Translations under genes and position numbers: made by a program
Part shown: positions 25,861-38,763 of the stretch, one piece after another
Layout of the letters: each line of letters opens with the position of its first letter
Position numbering within the stretch: position 1 is the stretch's first letter
The notes under the pieces: model-generated
The model's database searches: none
Told to the model about the DNA's origin: nothing
What the model saw: the letters and a program-made list of their open reading frames with translations, nothing else
Source of the DNA: Octopus bimaculoides
Taxonomy: Eukaryota
Length of the DNA stretch: 43,926 nt
Direction: 5' to 3'
NCBI RefSeq assembly: GCF_001194135.2
Contig: NC_068987.1
Location: 93,521,605 to 93,565,530, forward strand

Positions 25861-25870
25861 TGCTGCGAAC

Positions 25871-26062
25871 CTACTTTAGTTTGCTGCGAATCTGCTTAAC
25901 AGTTCGCGTGTTGAGTATTTGCGGTATTTTGTCAGCAAACTCATTTAGACACGAAGTGTTTATGTTTTCTGTTTGGGAGAAAGAAAACCATGTGCTTATT
26001 AGGAAGTCAATTTCATTATCAGAACAATTTCGTTTGTTGTAAGTCTGCTGGTTAGTCGCCAT
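25871..26062 (-). pseudogene. Myb/SANT-like (trihelix-type) DNA-binding domain ORF, truncated or degenerate
   Basis: MATNQQTYNKRNCSDNEIDFLISTW...FADKIPQILNTRTVKQIRSKLK* fits W[ST]xxExxxLIxxW...RTxxQIRxKLK if TGT (C) derives from TGG (W); ATG context gacATGG. Pattern match by eye only. Confidence 0.5.
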
Positions 26063-26719
26063 GTCTTTTATTTTCTTCTCTTCTCTTGGTTTTGTTTTGT
26101 TTCATGTATATGTATATATTCTTTCTATGTGTCAGGCTTTTATCTGAAGATATTAAAGACGTACATTAAAGAAGTGACCATATAGATTTATTCTCTTTCA
26201 TGGGTGTGTGTTTTTGGTTAATTGCTTCTTTGTTTGGTGTATAATTTGTAGTTAAGTAAAAAATCGTACATACGAGTTTGTATATAAACACTTGGTTACA
26301 AATATATATATATAAACAGTGAGTTTGGCTTTGTGGCGGTGCAGCTTGCTATTGGCTTTACCCAAGGGAAGCAAAACACGTCTGTACACTTCAAGTGTCA
26401 AGTCATCTCTTTCCTTTCTTTTTCTCCCTTTCTTGTCCGTCCCTAATTCTTCAATCCCTCTAACCTCACATCTCTCCTCTCCTTCCACGTAACCGGTGAT
26501 CCGCCAAGCCTGACCTTTCTTTCTTGGTTCGACTACTAGCTGTGTAGCATCTCTCATATTTCTTCCCATGACTTTCATTTCTTGCGTTCCTGCCATAAGG
26601 CTTCACGTCCACACGCACCAGCTTAATTAAATTCGTTCTCAGGCGAATGACAACTGTTGTTAATGTCCTATTGTTTGTATTTGTAATTGTGTACCATTTT
26701 TTAACGTCCTTGTTTTCGT

Positions 26720-26969
26720 ATGCATTCGCTTGCTTTATTCCAAAGAATCTAGTGCGCTTAGCTTAGATTTTCTTGGAACCGACCAGATTGGAGCAGTCTT
26801 GAGTGTAACCAGCTGAAACTGCTAAGATAATCTAGTACTCGACTGAGGATAGGAAGCTCCGAATGACCCGTCCTTGTTTTTTTCCTGTCTTTTTTTTTTG
26901 TATCACCTACTGTCCGGACATTTTGTTGTCGCCTGTTACGTTCTTGTTCCATTTCCGTTTTCTTATATA
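26720..26969 (+). mobile_element. Possible Penelope-like terminal repeat fragment
   Basis: Mixed-sequence block carrying a degenerate hammerhead-like core (26840-26876) followed by a T-rich tail, the same layout as 40200-40460. Confidence 0.3.
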
Positions 26970-27625
26970 NNNNNNNNNNNNNNNNNNNNNNNNNNNNNNN
27001 NNNNNNNNNNNNNNNNNNNNNNNNNNNNNNNNNNNNNNNNNNNNNNNNNNNNNNNNNNNNNNNNNNNNNNNNNNNNNNNNNNNNNNNNNNNNNNNNNNNN
27101 NNNNNNNNNNNNNNNNNNNNNNNNNNNNNNNNNNNNNNNNNNNNNNNNNNNNNNNNNNNNNNNNNNNNNNNNNNNNNNNNNNNNNNNNNNNNNNNNNNNN
27201 NNNNNNNNNNNNNNNNNNNNNNNNNNNNNNNNNNNNNNNNNNNNNNNNNNNNNNNNNNNNNNNNNNNNNNNNNNNNNNNNNNNNNNNNNNNNNNNNNNNN
27301 NNNNNNNNNNNNNNNNNNNNNNNNNNNNNNNNNNNNNNNNNNNNNNNNNNNNNNNNNNNNNNNNNNNNNNNNNNNNNNNNNNNNNNNNNNNNNNNNNNNN
27401 NNNNNNNNNNNNNNNNNNNNNNNNNNNNNNNNNNNNNNNNNNNNNNNNNNNNNNNNNNNNNNNNNNNNNNNNNNNNNNNNNNNNNNNNNNNNNNNNNNNN
27501 NNNNNNNNNNNNNNNNNNNNNNNNNNNNNNNNNNNNNNNNNNNNNNNNNNNNNNNNNNNNNNNNNNNNNNNNNNNNNNNNNNNNNNNNNNNNNNNNNNNN
27601 NNNNNNNNNNNNNNNNNNNNNNNNN

Positions 27626-27701
<76 letters not shown>

Positions 27702-29272
27702 GGAAGAGAGTTAAACATATGTTCATATGTAATATTGTGCTGTGCACAATACTGACTCGTTTCTTGTACACCTAACTGATTTCAATCGATCTTGTTCGAA
27801 TACACAGAAAACTAGGCTCTATGCATCAATATTTGTCACATCATTATTACCAGTTCCACGTCTCTATCACCTTCGCTTTGATGGAATTATTGATGAAACC
27901 AATTCGAGGAATCTGATTGTTTCTGCAAAATGAAATGAGACACGCATTTTAAATGATATCTATGATATGCTGTCTGCAAAATAGACAATAAATCTATGCA
28001 TATAAGTATATATACATATATATGAGTATATATATATAAATTCATAAGAATGGTACAACAAGGTACCGATATTTGCTGGAGAATAGCAATCGATATAAAA
28101 ACGACGCTATTGTATAGCTTCACTGCGTATATACTGGCAAAAATATANNNNNNNNNNNNNNNNNNNNNNNNNNNNNNNNNNNNNNNNNNNNNNNNNNNNN
28201 NNNNNNNNNNNNNNNNNNNNNNNNNNNNNNNNNNNNNNNNNNNNNNNNNNNNNNNNNNNNNNNNNNNNNNNNNNNNNNNNNNNNNNNNNNNNNNNNNNNN
28301 NNNNNNNNNNNNNNNNNNNNNNNNNNNNNNNNNNNNNNNNNNNNNNNNNNNNNNNNNNNNNNNNNNNNNNNNNNNNNNNNNNNNNNNNNNNNNNNNNNNN
28401 NNNNNNNNNNNNNNNNNNNNNNNNNNNNNNNNNNNNNNNNNNNCCAGCAAAAAGTAGCCCTAAAGGGTATATATATATAAATTCATAAGAATGGTACAAC
28501 AAGGTACCGATATTTGCTGGAGAATAGCAATCGATATAAAAACGACGCTATTGTATAGCTTCACTGCGTATATACTGGCAAAAATATATATATATATACA
28601 TGCACATGCAACTATGCATGCATACATGTGCTTATACAACATGGCTGATTTTGTGTATGCTTTGCAGGTTTTAACATAATTATATTTGAATGCTGCCATG
28701 CATTTGAAAATACCTGCCGCGTTTGCGTTCCCCACCGACTTTACATGTATATGTTTGTCGTCCTGTTGTGTGTGTGCGTGTGCATATACATGCGTGTGTA
28801 CACTCGTTTTTATTCATGTATTCGCTTATGTCAGTTTGTTGGTGAGCCCGTTTTTACGTATTGTTGTCTCTCTATATATATACGATGCCTTGTGTCTGCG
28901 TTATTCTCTGTCGATTTTTGTTTGCTTGTTTTCATCCTTACATGTATTTATATTTATATTCAAATCCTTCTTTCTCTTTTATTTAATATATTTGATATAG
29001 TTTTGCTTTAATTTGTAATATTAGTATGTAATTTTATGAGATCAACATAGATAATCGTACATCTGTCTCAAACGGAATATGTGTATCTCGATTTGTAGTT
29101 AAGAGCACACAGTTGCGATATATTTCTTTCTAATGTATTGTTAAAAATTATAATGTTTTTAAATTTTTAATGTTTGCGAACAATTTGATTGGTTCACCAC
29201 GGGACTACGAATACCATTCCTCAATTTAATAAATCAATTGTTATTTCAATGATATCGTTTATGAATTTAATA

Positions 29273-29332
<60 letters not shown>

Positions 29333-29334
29333 CA

Positions 29335-29374
<40 letters not shown>

Positions 29375-29379
29375 CATCA

Positions 29380-29444
<65 letters not shown>

Positions 29445-29450
29445 GTTCAA

Positions 29451-29630
29451 GACGGTGAGCTCACAGAATCGTTAGCGCACCGGACAAAATCCTGAGTATC
29501 TATTTATTCGTCTTTACGTTCTGAGTTGAAATGCCGCTGGGGGTCGGCAAAATAAGTACCAGTTGAATACGGGGTTGATGTAACCATGTCAGCCCCTGCC
29601 TGAAAGTACAGGCCTTGTGCTGCTATTTTT
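29451..29630 (+). mobile_element. SINE-like repeat (internally deleted copy)
   Basis: gacggtgagctcacagaatcgttagc...ttacgttctgagttgaaat...ggggtcggcaaaataagtaccagttg; homologous to 6901-7095 and 42460-42600; sits right after (TAT)n. Confidence 0.65.
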
Positions 29631-29954
29631 TCTCTCTATTTCTCCTCTTTCCCTATAACTCACCAAACTATCCAAAGAACAATCTCTTGCTCTTTTCTCA
29701 TCTACACCCCTATAGACATCCTCGTCGATTACAGGGTAAGGACATGGAACAGGGCCTCCAAATGAAGGGTTTCGGCTTATGTTGATAAGTGAATGCTTGC
29801 CAAGAAGAAACTTTTCTGTTTTGTGTTTAGATGTTTCTTCCGGCAGATTTTCATGTTCATAATTCTATTTATTTCAAAGACGATCATATAAATTGTGGAA
29901 GAATATTTAAAAGGGTTGATATTTCAAACAGCTGACATCTCTCTTGATTTTAAT

Positions 29955-30700
29955 TACAGTGTGTGTACACCAGTGTTAGCAACGAGTACACCTTGTTTAC
30001 ACACTGTACACATCTGTTAGAACTTTGTACACGTCCGTTAGAAATGTGTACATATCTGTTACAACTGAGTCCACATCTATTTATACCCTATACACGTCTG
30101 TTAGTACAGCGTACACATCTACTACCACTTTGTACACATCAGTTATCACTCTATACACGTGTGTTAGCACTGTGTAGGCGTGTTCGCACTGCGTACACAT
30201 GTATTAGCACGCTCTACACGTCGGTTAGCATTGCTTACATATCTGTTCGCACTGCGTACACATCTGTACGCACTGTGTACACGTCCGTTAGCTATGTGTA
30301 CATACCTATTAGCAATGAATACACAACTATTTGCACACTATGCACGTCTGTTATCACTGTATACACGGTTGTTATCACTCTATACACGTGTATAACACTC
30401 AATACACGTATGTACACATGTGTTTGCATTGTATACACAATTGTTCGCACTGTGTACACGTCTATTCACATTCCGTACACATCTGTTCGCACTGTGCACA
30501 CGTCCATTAGTAATGTGTACATATCTTTTAGAACTGCATACACATCTGTTAGCGCTGCGTACACATCTCTTAGCGCTGCGTGCACATCTGTTAGCATTGC
30601 GTTCACATCTCTTAGCGTTGTGTACACATTTGTTAGCATTACGTACACGACTGTTAGCATTGCGTACACATCTGCTAGCGTTGTGTACACGACTGCTGGC
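29955..30700. repeat. 21-bp minisatellite, ~35 diverged units (tgtacacatctgttagcactg)
   Basis: Visible periodicity; explains ORFs 29963-30778, 30180-30395, 30420-30707 and 30466-30690 (7-aa periodic). Confidence 0.92.
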
Positions 30701-31442
30701 CAGCTAGACGAAAATCGTATAGTTTATCCTTACATTTTTCATTTAATCCCAAAACCAGTTAATTTGTACAAAAATTAAACAAATCGTACAAAAATTATAT
30801 AAAACTTCTTAGGGATATTCAGTTATGCAGAGTCTCTTCTCGAACATTCTTTGGTATGATGACCACATATTAGTTTAATACTTTGCTAAACAATACATTT
30901 ATCGTTGTTGTTATTCATTTTCGCTTATATTTCTTCAGATTATATCATGACTAATATCTTATTCCTCATAATTTTATTTTAATTCAGCATTTCTAATTCA
31001 GTTCAATTCATAATTTCTTTCTGTTTTCACTATATTCTTTAATTTTATATTACATATGGGTGCGTGTATGTGTCTCTGTTTGTATGTGTATGTGTCTCTC
31101 TGTGCGTATGTATACGGTTATACTTTGATGTGTGTCCTTAGAGCCAATTTGACCTTGGATCTATTACAACAAATCTGAAATTTTAACCTGACTTAAGTGG
31201 AAATCCCAGTACGCTATCACAGTACTATATATACGTGTGTGTGTGTGTGTGTGTGTATTTATTACAGAGCGTTCATTGATGCTTACGCAAATTGAAATAT
31301 AATACTGACATTAAAATCTTCCTATATGAATAAATGGATATCAGGTGCACCAACTGTGCGCAGACCAACGCACATATTCACACTTACACACCCATGTATA
31401 CATACAGAAGCATACGTATGTACGCATATACATATTATATAT

Positions 31443-31479
<37 letters not shown>

Positions 31480-32062
31480 NNNNNNNNNNNNNNNNNNNNN
31501 NNNNNNNNNNNNNNNNNNNNNNNNNNNNNNNNNNNNNNNNNNNNNNNNNNNNNNNNNNNNNNNNNNNNNNNNNNNNNNNNNNNNNNNNNNNNNNNNNNNN
31601 NNNNNNNNNNNNNNNNNNNNNNNNNNNNNNNNNNNNNNNNNNNNNNNNNNNNNNNNNNNNNNNNNNNNNNNNNNNNNNNNNNNNNNNNNNNNNNNNNNNN
31701 NNNNNNNNNNNNNNNNNNNNNNNNNNNNNNNNNNNNNNNNNNNNNNNNNNNNNNNNNNNNNNNNNNNNNNNNNNNNNNNNNNNNNNNNNNNNNNNNNNNN
31801 NNNNNNNNNNNNNNNNNNNNNNNNNNNNNNNNNNNNNNNNNNNNNNNNNNNNNNNNNNNNNNNNNNNNNNNNNNNNNNNNNNNNNNNNNNNNNNNNNNNN
31901 NATAACGAAGCTTCTTTATTTCATCAAATTAGCTTTAAAGGCTTTACATAGAGGGGACACTACAACATATGTGGGGACATATAACAATTAAAAATATATC
32001 TACTTCATTTTATCGAAATATCGTTTACTTGATGACAATGGTATTCTTCTTTTTTTTCTTGC

Positions 32063-32116
<54 letters not shown>

Positions 32117-32639
32117 CAACAACAACAATAATATATGTACATGTATTTGTGTGTATGTGTTTTTATGCATATGCGTGAATGTAGCTGTATAAATGTATGT
32201 ATTTAAAGTAGATTCAACAACAGACTTTCAACCACAACATAATTTTTTAATATATTGAGTGGTTGCTGCCATGTACCACGGAGAGCCATGACAGACAGAA
32301 AGAATACGGTCGAAGCCGAAAGTTTGTGTTTACAAATCACAGAAAAAATATTTATATATCACCTGGTGAAATACATACAAGATCTCATAATGCTGGAAAA
32401 TGGTTATATAACTAAATATCTACAAACCTGGAGAGCTACGTCGAGTGGAAACAATTGGAGTGATTACAAATAAATATTCGTACAGGATTTCGACAATATG
32501 AAGGCTTTTTAAAGGAATTTAAATATAACCTTTTGTCTGCCGAAGGAGTCGACGGTGATTATTCACAGTATGTCCTTAATATGGCGCAAAAAAGTGCTTG
32601 GTGGAAAGTGTTAAACAAGTTTAAACGTGTAGTCTATTA

Positions 32640-32900
32640 GATCTCGAAAGAGATAAAATTGCTGGGACACTGATGGTTGGAGATTCAGTCACTAAAACTG
32701 TTGCTGAATAGTTTGATACTTTGAGAGATACACTCTAAACTCATCTCAGCATTTCAAAACCAAAAGTAAAAGCAACTCTGGTTATCACATTTATGGATGA
32801 AAGTTGAAGCTCAAAGAGAAGAGGAACAACAGAAGAGTGAAAGATATTGTGTCTCGGAACTACAGCAGAAAGAGTAGTGACAGTGATTGGTAAACCTCTC
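32640..32900 (+). mobile_element. Tc1-type transposase N-terminal (paired-like HTH) remnant
   Basis: DLERDKIAGTLMVGDSVTKTVAE*FDTLRDTL*...ISAF resembles the Tc1 N-terminus (F/LERGQIVGARMAGASVTKTAELFGVSR.TVSKV); multiple stops. Confidence 0.6.
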
Positions 32901-33823
32901 TTCTACCTATCAACATTGATAAGCAGAAAACTATGGCATCAAGACTAGACTAATTACGTCATTGCATCAGAATGAGTATGTATGTTTTTTTTTAATCTGC
33001 ATTTGAATATCTATTTTGTGAATCAAGAAGAATTTTTCACAATATAAATTATTCACAATACAGTTAAGTATTATGTATAGCTTATCATACAGTCAGTTAT
33101 TGCAGGCCTTAAACAACTGAAGGACACGTATGGATGGACCTACAATTATAGATTTGCTGTTTTGGAGAATGGGACGTTAAAGATGAGAATGTTCGTTTTA
33201 GTTTGCCTGTTTTCATTTCTTCAATAACGATGTATGATTTGTCAGGCCATCTTCTGCAAGCAATTGAAAATTTGTAAAATTTGCTAGTGGTTTTCGAAAT
33301 GTTATCTAGTACTAACAAAGTACTTGTAGATATGATGCCTTATACAATTATAGGCCACAATTAACAGTGTATTTTTTTTTAATTACATGCCACTTTCTAA
33401 GGACAACTCTTGTGAAGAATGTTTTTGATAAATAACAATCTGATTAATAACTTTGCAAACAGATTCTTATTAAAAATGAATGATGAATTAAAGGGATCTA
33501 ACGGCTCAAATTAATATCAGTTTGAAGACCCGTAGTAAAGTGAACTATCGATGATAAATATTAATCAGTGGTTATTGACTTTGAAAGAAGTCAACATAGA
33601 AGTCTGAAGCTTACAACGCAGTTTTTTTACAAACAAAAACAACCAAGAAACGATAGTATTTGTAAGCATCAAATTGTTTTTCAACCTTCACTTCACAAGA
33701 ATCTGAACAAAGGCATTTTGCGAAACCCTGAGTTGCTGCTGAGCGAATCTACTGTGTCGAATGTGTGTGCTTCTTCTTATGTATGCATTTGTGAGTATCT
33801 CTGAACATCTGTGTGTGTGTGTA

Positions 33824-33855
<32 letters not shown>

Positions 33856-33910
33856 TGTGTGTTTGTGTGTGTGTGCANNNNNNNNNNTGTGCATGTGTGT
33901 GTGTGTGTGT

Positions 33911-33954
<44 letters not shown>

Positions 33955-34369
33955 GTGTGTATCTGTATTATTTTGAATATGATATAGGTGTGTTTGTAGG
34001 AGTGTATCGGAGATTTCTCAAGGCTGTATATTTGAGCAGAATGCAAAGTGTTCCATCGAATAATTTTTTAAGTATTATTGCCAAATAAATTATGGGTCCC
34101 ATGGGAATGATGGCAAAGGCTAAATCTTGCCAAGGGATTTCGCGCGGAGCGACAGAAACCCACTGAAAAGCTAACAATAAAACTACGTAACAACAGTTCG
34201 TTGGCGATAGTATCAAGCACGTTTGTAAGAGATATCGATGAACTAATCTGTGTTGTGTGATCTGTCAGGTTAGTTTGTGATCCTGTGCATCAGATGTTAC
34301 ATGTATGCATGCATACACACGGAAATATATATTGTATTCATACGTTTACTACATACATACTGACAGACA

Positions 34370-34465
<96 letters not shown>

Positions 34466-34786
34466 AAAGAGAGAGAGAAAGAGAGGTGTATAAAAAGTGC
34501 ATACATAAACTTCTATACCACTCTTTGTGCATGTGTGTGTGTATGTGTGTGTGAAATGCAGCAAAAACTGAGAGAAAACATTTAGAGAGATAAGAAGTAA
34601 ACAAAACTAATAAAGATAGACAGATAGATAGAGAGAGAGAAGGGGGAGAGTAGAAAAGAGAGACAATAGGAAAAGTGAACGGACACCAGAGGGAGCAGTT
34701 AACATTAGCAGCAAGCAAAGATACTAATCAAATGCTATCTCTACTACATGGTCTCTCCTTGTCATTTTATGTATCTTTCTCTCTCT

Positions 34787-34834
<48 letters not shown>

Positions 34835-35109
34835 GCTATCCCCCCTCTCTCTCTCTCTGATTCTCTCTGACTCTCACCAAGGCCGATCCAGCCACTACAA
34901 TGTTTCCGTTCCTTATCATTTCCAAACATCCATCCATGTTTATATTTCCAGGGCTTCATCGACGTCTCTGTTATTCCCTAGTCGTCTGCACAACGACCGT
35001 TAATCTAACCAACAAGGGGGCAGTAAAATTATTAATTCTAGTATTCGGAGAGTGCTCTCTTACCAGAACGAGAGTTGTAGATATTGTTGTTGTTGACGTT
35101 GTTAGGAAT

Positions 35110-35154
35110 ATGTCGGCGATGGCTAAGTCCATCGTGATGGTGCCGATACTGCTG
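35110..35154 (+). CDS. Candidate first coding exon of an unknown gene (signal-peptide-like MSAMAKSIVMVPILL)
   Basis: Two in-frame ATGs in good context (aatATGT, gcgATGG), a GC-richer codon-like run, a phase-0 donor CTG|GTAACG and upstream (CT)n tracts. No partner exon identified. Confidence 0.2.
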
Positions 35155-35426
35155 GTAACGTTTGCTTTCATATTTCCCCATTTCCAATATTTTTCCCTTT
35201 TTATCAACGTTATCTCCTTTCTATATTTTTCCTCTTCCTTTATCCATTTATCTATTGCAACAATATTAATGGATTGAGTTCGATATTTATTTATACACAT
35301 ATTACTTTCTTGATTAATTCATTTTATTAGTCTTATCGTGTCCATGAAAGGGATTTATCTACACACTGAAACGTTACATACATACATACATACACACGCA
35401 TATAGATATATAGCACACATACATAC

Positions 35427-35487
<61 letters not shown>

Positions 35488-36160
35488 AATATAGATATAT
35501 ATGTACATATATACATATAGATATATTATATATNNNNNNNNNNNNNNNNNNNNNNNNNNNNNNNNNNNNNNNNNNNNNNNNNNNNNNNNNNNNNNNNNNN
35601 NNNNNNNNNNNNNNNNNNNNNNNNNNNNNNNNNNNNNNNNNNNNNNNNNNNNNNNNNNNNNNNNNNNNNNNNNNNNNNNNNNNNNNNNNNNNNNNNNNNN
35701 NNNNNNNNNNNNNNNNNNNNNNNNNNNNNNNNNNNNNNNNNNNNNNNNNNNNNNNNNNNNNNNNNNNNNNNNNNNNNNNNNNNNNNNNNNNNNNNNNNNN
35801 NNNNNNNNNNNNNNNNNNNNNNNNNNNNNNNNNNNNNNNNNNNNNNNNNNNNNNNNNNNNNNNNNNNNNNNNNNNNNNNNNNNNNNNNNNNNNNNNNNNN
35901 NNNNNNNNNNNNNNNNNNNNNNNNNNNNNNNNNNNNNNNNNNNNNNNNNNNNNNNNNNNNNNNNNNNNNNNNNNNNNNNNNNNNNNNNNNNNNNNNNNNN
36001 NNNNNNNNNNNNNNNNNNNNNNNNNNNNNNNNNNNNNNNNNNNNNNNNNNNNNNNNNNNNNNNNNNNNNNNNNNNNNNNNNNNNNNNNNNNNNNNNNCAC
36101 TGAAACGTTACATACATACATACATACACACGCATATAGATATATAGCACACATACATAC

Positions 36161-36248
<88 letters not shown>

Positions 36249-36249
36249 C

Positions 36250-36760
36250 TGGGCGTGTGTCTCTGTGCGTGTCTGTTTTTGCGTCCCCCACCACAACTTC
36301 CCAAACGGTATTAGTGTGCTTACATCTTTGAAACATAGCGGTTCTTCAAAAAGGCCGGACATATAAGTACCAGAATTAGAAAAACAGATCGCTAGGATTG
36401 ATTCATAGACTAAAACGTGATCTATGCGGTGACTTGGCATGGCCGCATTGTAATGATTAAATCAAATAAAAGATATAATATAAATAGGCGTAGGAGTGCC
36501 TGTGTGGTAAGAACCTTGTTTCCAAACCACATAGTTCCGGGCTCAATCCCAATGCGTGGCACCTTGGCCAAGTGCCTTCTATTTGAACTCAAAACGTAAA
36601 GACGGACGAAAAGCCGCTAAGCATTTTGCTGGGAGTGCTACCGATTCTACCAGCTTGAAGCCTTGCATAAGTATATCTATATATTATATACACATATATA
36701 CTTAATATGTGGTGCTCCAGCATGACCGCAGCTGCATGACTGAAACAAATAAAAGAATAC
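36250..36760 (+). mobile_element. Cluster of SINE-like fragments, including a tRNA-like head at 36487-36583
   Basis: ggcgtaggagtgcctgtgtggtaag (A-box-like)...gggctcaatccc (B-box-like)...ggcaccttggccaagtg. An inverted fragment of the other SINE family lies at 36585-36650 and a 3' motif at 36710-36760. Confidence 0.6.
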
Positions 36761-36864
36761 AGTAATACATATCTATCTGTGTGTCTATTATCCATCTAGC
36801 AATCTATATATGTGTATGGATGGATGGATGGATGGATGGATGGATGGATGGATGGATGGATGGA

Positions 36865-38165
36865 CATATGCATGTCCTTTATCTTTTTTAAATTCAGTGT
36901 AATTTTGGACGGACAGCTTCGTGGTAGCAAAGTTGTGAAAGAAAGCATTTTACTTTAACAAATACCCTTAAAATATTAAGGTCTTGCCGAATTTTGCAGT
37001 CTCAGATACCTTGATCATTTGTAGTAAATAAAGTGAGGATTTGTGCTCTCTCCCTAAGACCCCAAGTTCAGTCAAACTTTGTTTGAAACCGGTTGGCATG
37101 TATCCTGTAATAATAGGCATTAAAATGAAACTGTATTTTGGGTTCTGAATTCGTAATCTCTTCATCAATAGTTCACAGATGTCGTCTTTTTCTTGTATTT
37201 TTCTAATTACATTCGTGTACAGAGGGCAGCTGATTTCTACGACAGAACATATTTTGCCTTTGTTGTCCCACACAACAGTATTTGGCCGGTTGTGTTTCAT
37301 TTTGGTGGCCGTTTTAATTTCAAAGTTCCACCAATATTCTCTTGAGCCATTGACTGCAGTATGGTCAAATTCGTCAGTAGGTATTTTCTTTATTGTAATT
37401 TTGTTCCAGACTGTTTTGGCAACGGCATCATGCCTCATGTGAGGAGAATATCTGGAAAATATTCTCTCACAACAGGCAATGATATAGTTGACATCTTCAG
37501 TTTTGCACAACCTATATTAATTGTGTTAACGTTTTCTACCTTTTGCGCTGTAGGTACTTGGTAGGTATCTCTTGTTCTTGGGTAACATGGACGTTGCCTT
37601 CAAAGTGGTACTCCATGCCAACCTTTGGATATAAACAATCCCTTCTATGATTTGTGTTTTTGGCGCCAAGTACCAGTGTACTATCTTCTCAGTGAACTAG
37701 TCCATTTTTTACTGTTCTTATAATAAATAGATTTTATCAACGAACTTTGGGGAGAGATATATAGCAGGTCTTATCTCTTACCTTTCTTCAAGTTCATTGG
37801 TATCTTAATTATGTTATTGATTTCATTGTTATAACCTTCAGCAAGATACTTGGTGGACTTTTTCCTCTGCTGCAGATATTGTTTCAGTGTCACAATATGT
37901 GTTTCATATGACATCAATACAGATTTGAGACAACAGCCACCATCCTTGCGTGCGAAGTATAGCCTGTCTACATCTCCGTTGATGCTGAAGTTTCCTGTGA
38001 CAATGAGTAGCTTACGAGGTCGAACATCTCTCTCATAGAACTCTTGTAGTAACAAATTCAGAAGGTCAAAAGTAGGTGTGAGGAGAGGCACAGTAAAGCT
38101 GTTGTGGACATTGTCCTTGTTGTAAGCTGAGAGTTCTGATGACCAGCTTATCTTTACACTTCTGT
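36865..38165 (-). mobile_element. R4/Dong-clade LINE, RT thumb - CCHC - RLE region (lineage D)
   Basis: KISWSSELSAYNK...HNSFTVPLLTPTF...RKLLIVTGNFSINGDVDRLYFARKDGG; LCKTEDVNYIIACC...RHDAVAK; WWNFEIKTATKMKHNRPNTVVWDNKGKICSVVEISCP. Several stops and frameshifts. Confidence 0.85.
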
Positions 38166-38408
38166 GTATGTATGTATGTACGTATGCATGTATGCATGCA
38201 TGTATGTATGAATGTATGTATGAATGTGTGTATGTATGTATGTATGCATGCATGCATGTATTTGTGTGGACAGGCACATATGCACACAAATATATATGCA
38301 TACGCGTATTATGTGTGTGTGTGTGTGTTTGTGTGGTGTGTGTGTGTGTGTTTGTATGTGTGTGTGTGTGTGTGGGTGGGGGGTGTGTGGGTGTGTGTGT
38401 GTGTGTGT

Positions 38409-38457
<49 letters not shown>

Positions 38458-38730
38458 TGTGTGAATATAAAGGGCAGGGATGGTAAAGTGTCAGGCTATA
38501 TAAATCGTGGTGATTGTTAATTCTTTTATATTCAGAGTTCGTGCTCCAACCCCGCGCAAGTCTTGTTCCTTTTGAAGCCACACAATAAATACCAGAATAT
38601 TCACAACGTAATTCTGAATACACTTCAAAGTGACGCTTCCGCATAATAAAAAAACTGTATGCTTCAAGCAGGAAGCGATTCCAAATGTATATATATATGC
38701 ATAATATGCGTATGGATAACTGTGCGTGCA

Positions 38731-38763
<33 letters not shown>

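Noticed and set aside
26252-26596. 114-aa charged minus-strand ORF
   Set aside because: Composition follows a local CT-rich strand bias; no domain pattern recognised.
28027-28587. Identical ~120-bp direct repeat on both sides of gap 28148-28443
   Set aside because: An exact duplicate flanking an N-gap is the typical signature of unmerged overlapping contig ends, not a biological repeat.
32255-32640. Complex-looking ORF fragments upstream of the Tc1 remnant
   Set aside because: Short, broken by stops, and no family recognisable by eye.
35120-35170. LAIADIF resembling the GPCR TM2 motif in ORF 34971-35300
   Set aside because: Flanks are Thr-rich and non-helical, and no other TM motifs are present.
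35364-36215. Identical block (cactgaaacgttacatac...) on both sides of gap 35534-36097
   Set aside because: Same scaffolding artefact.
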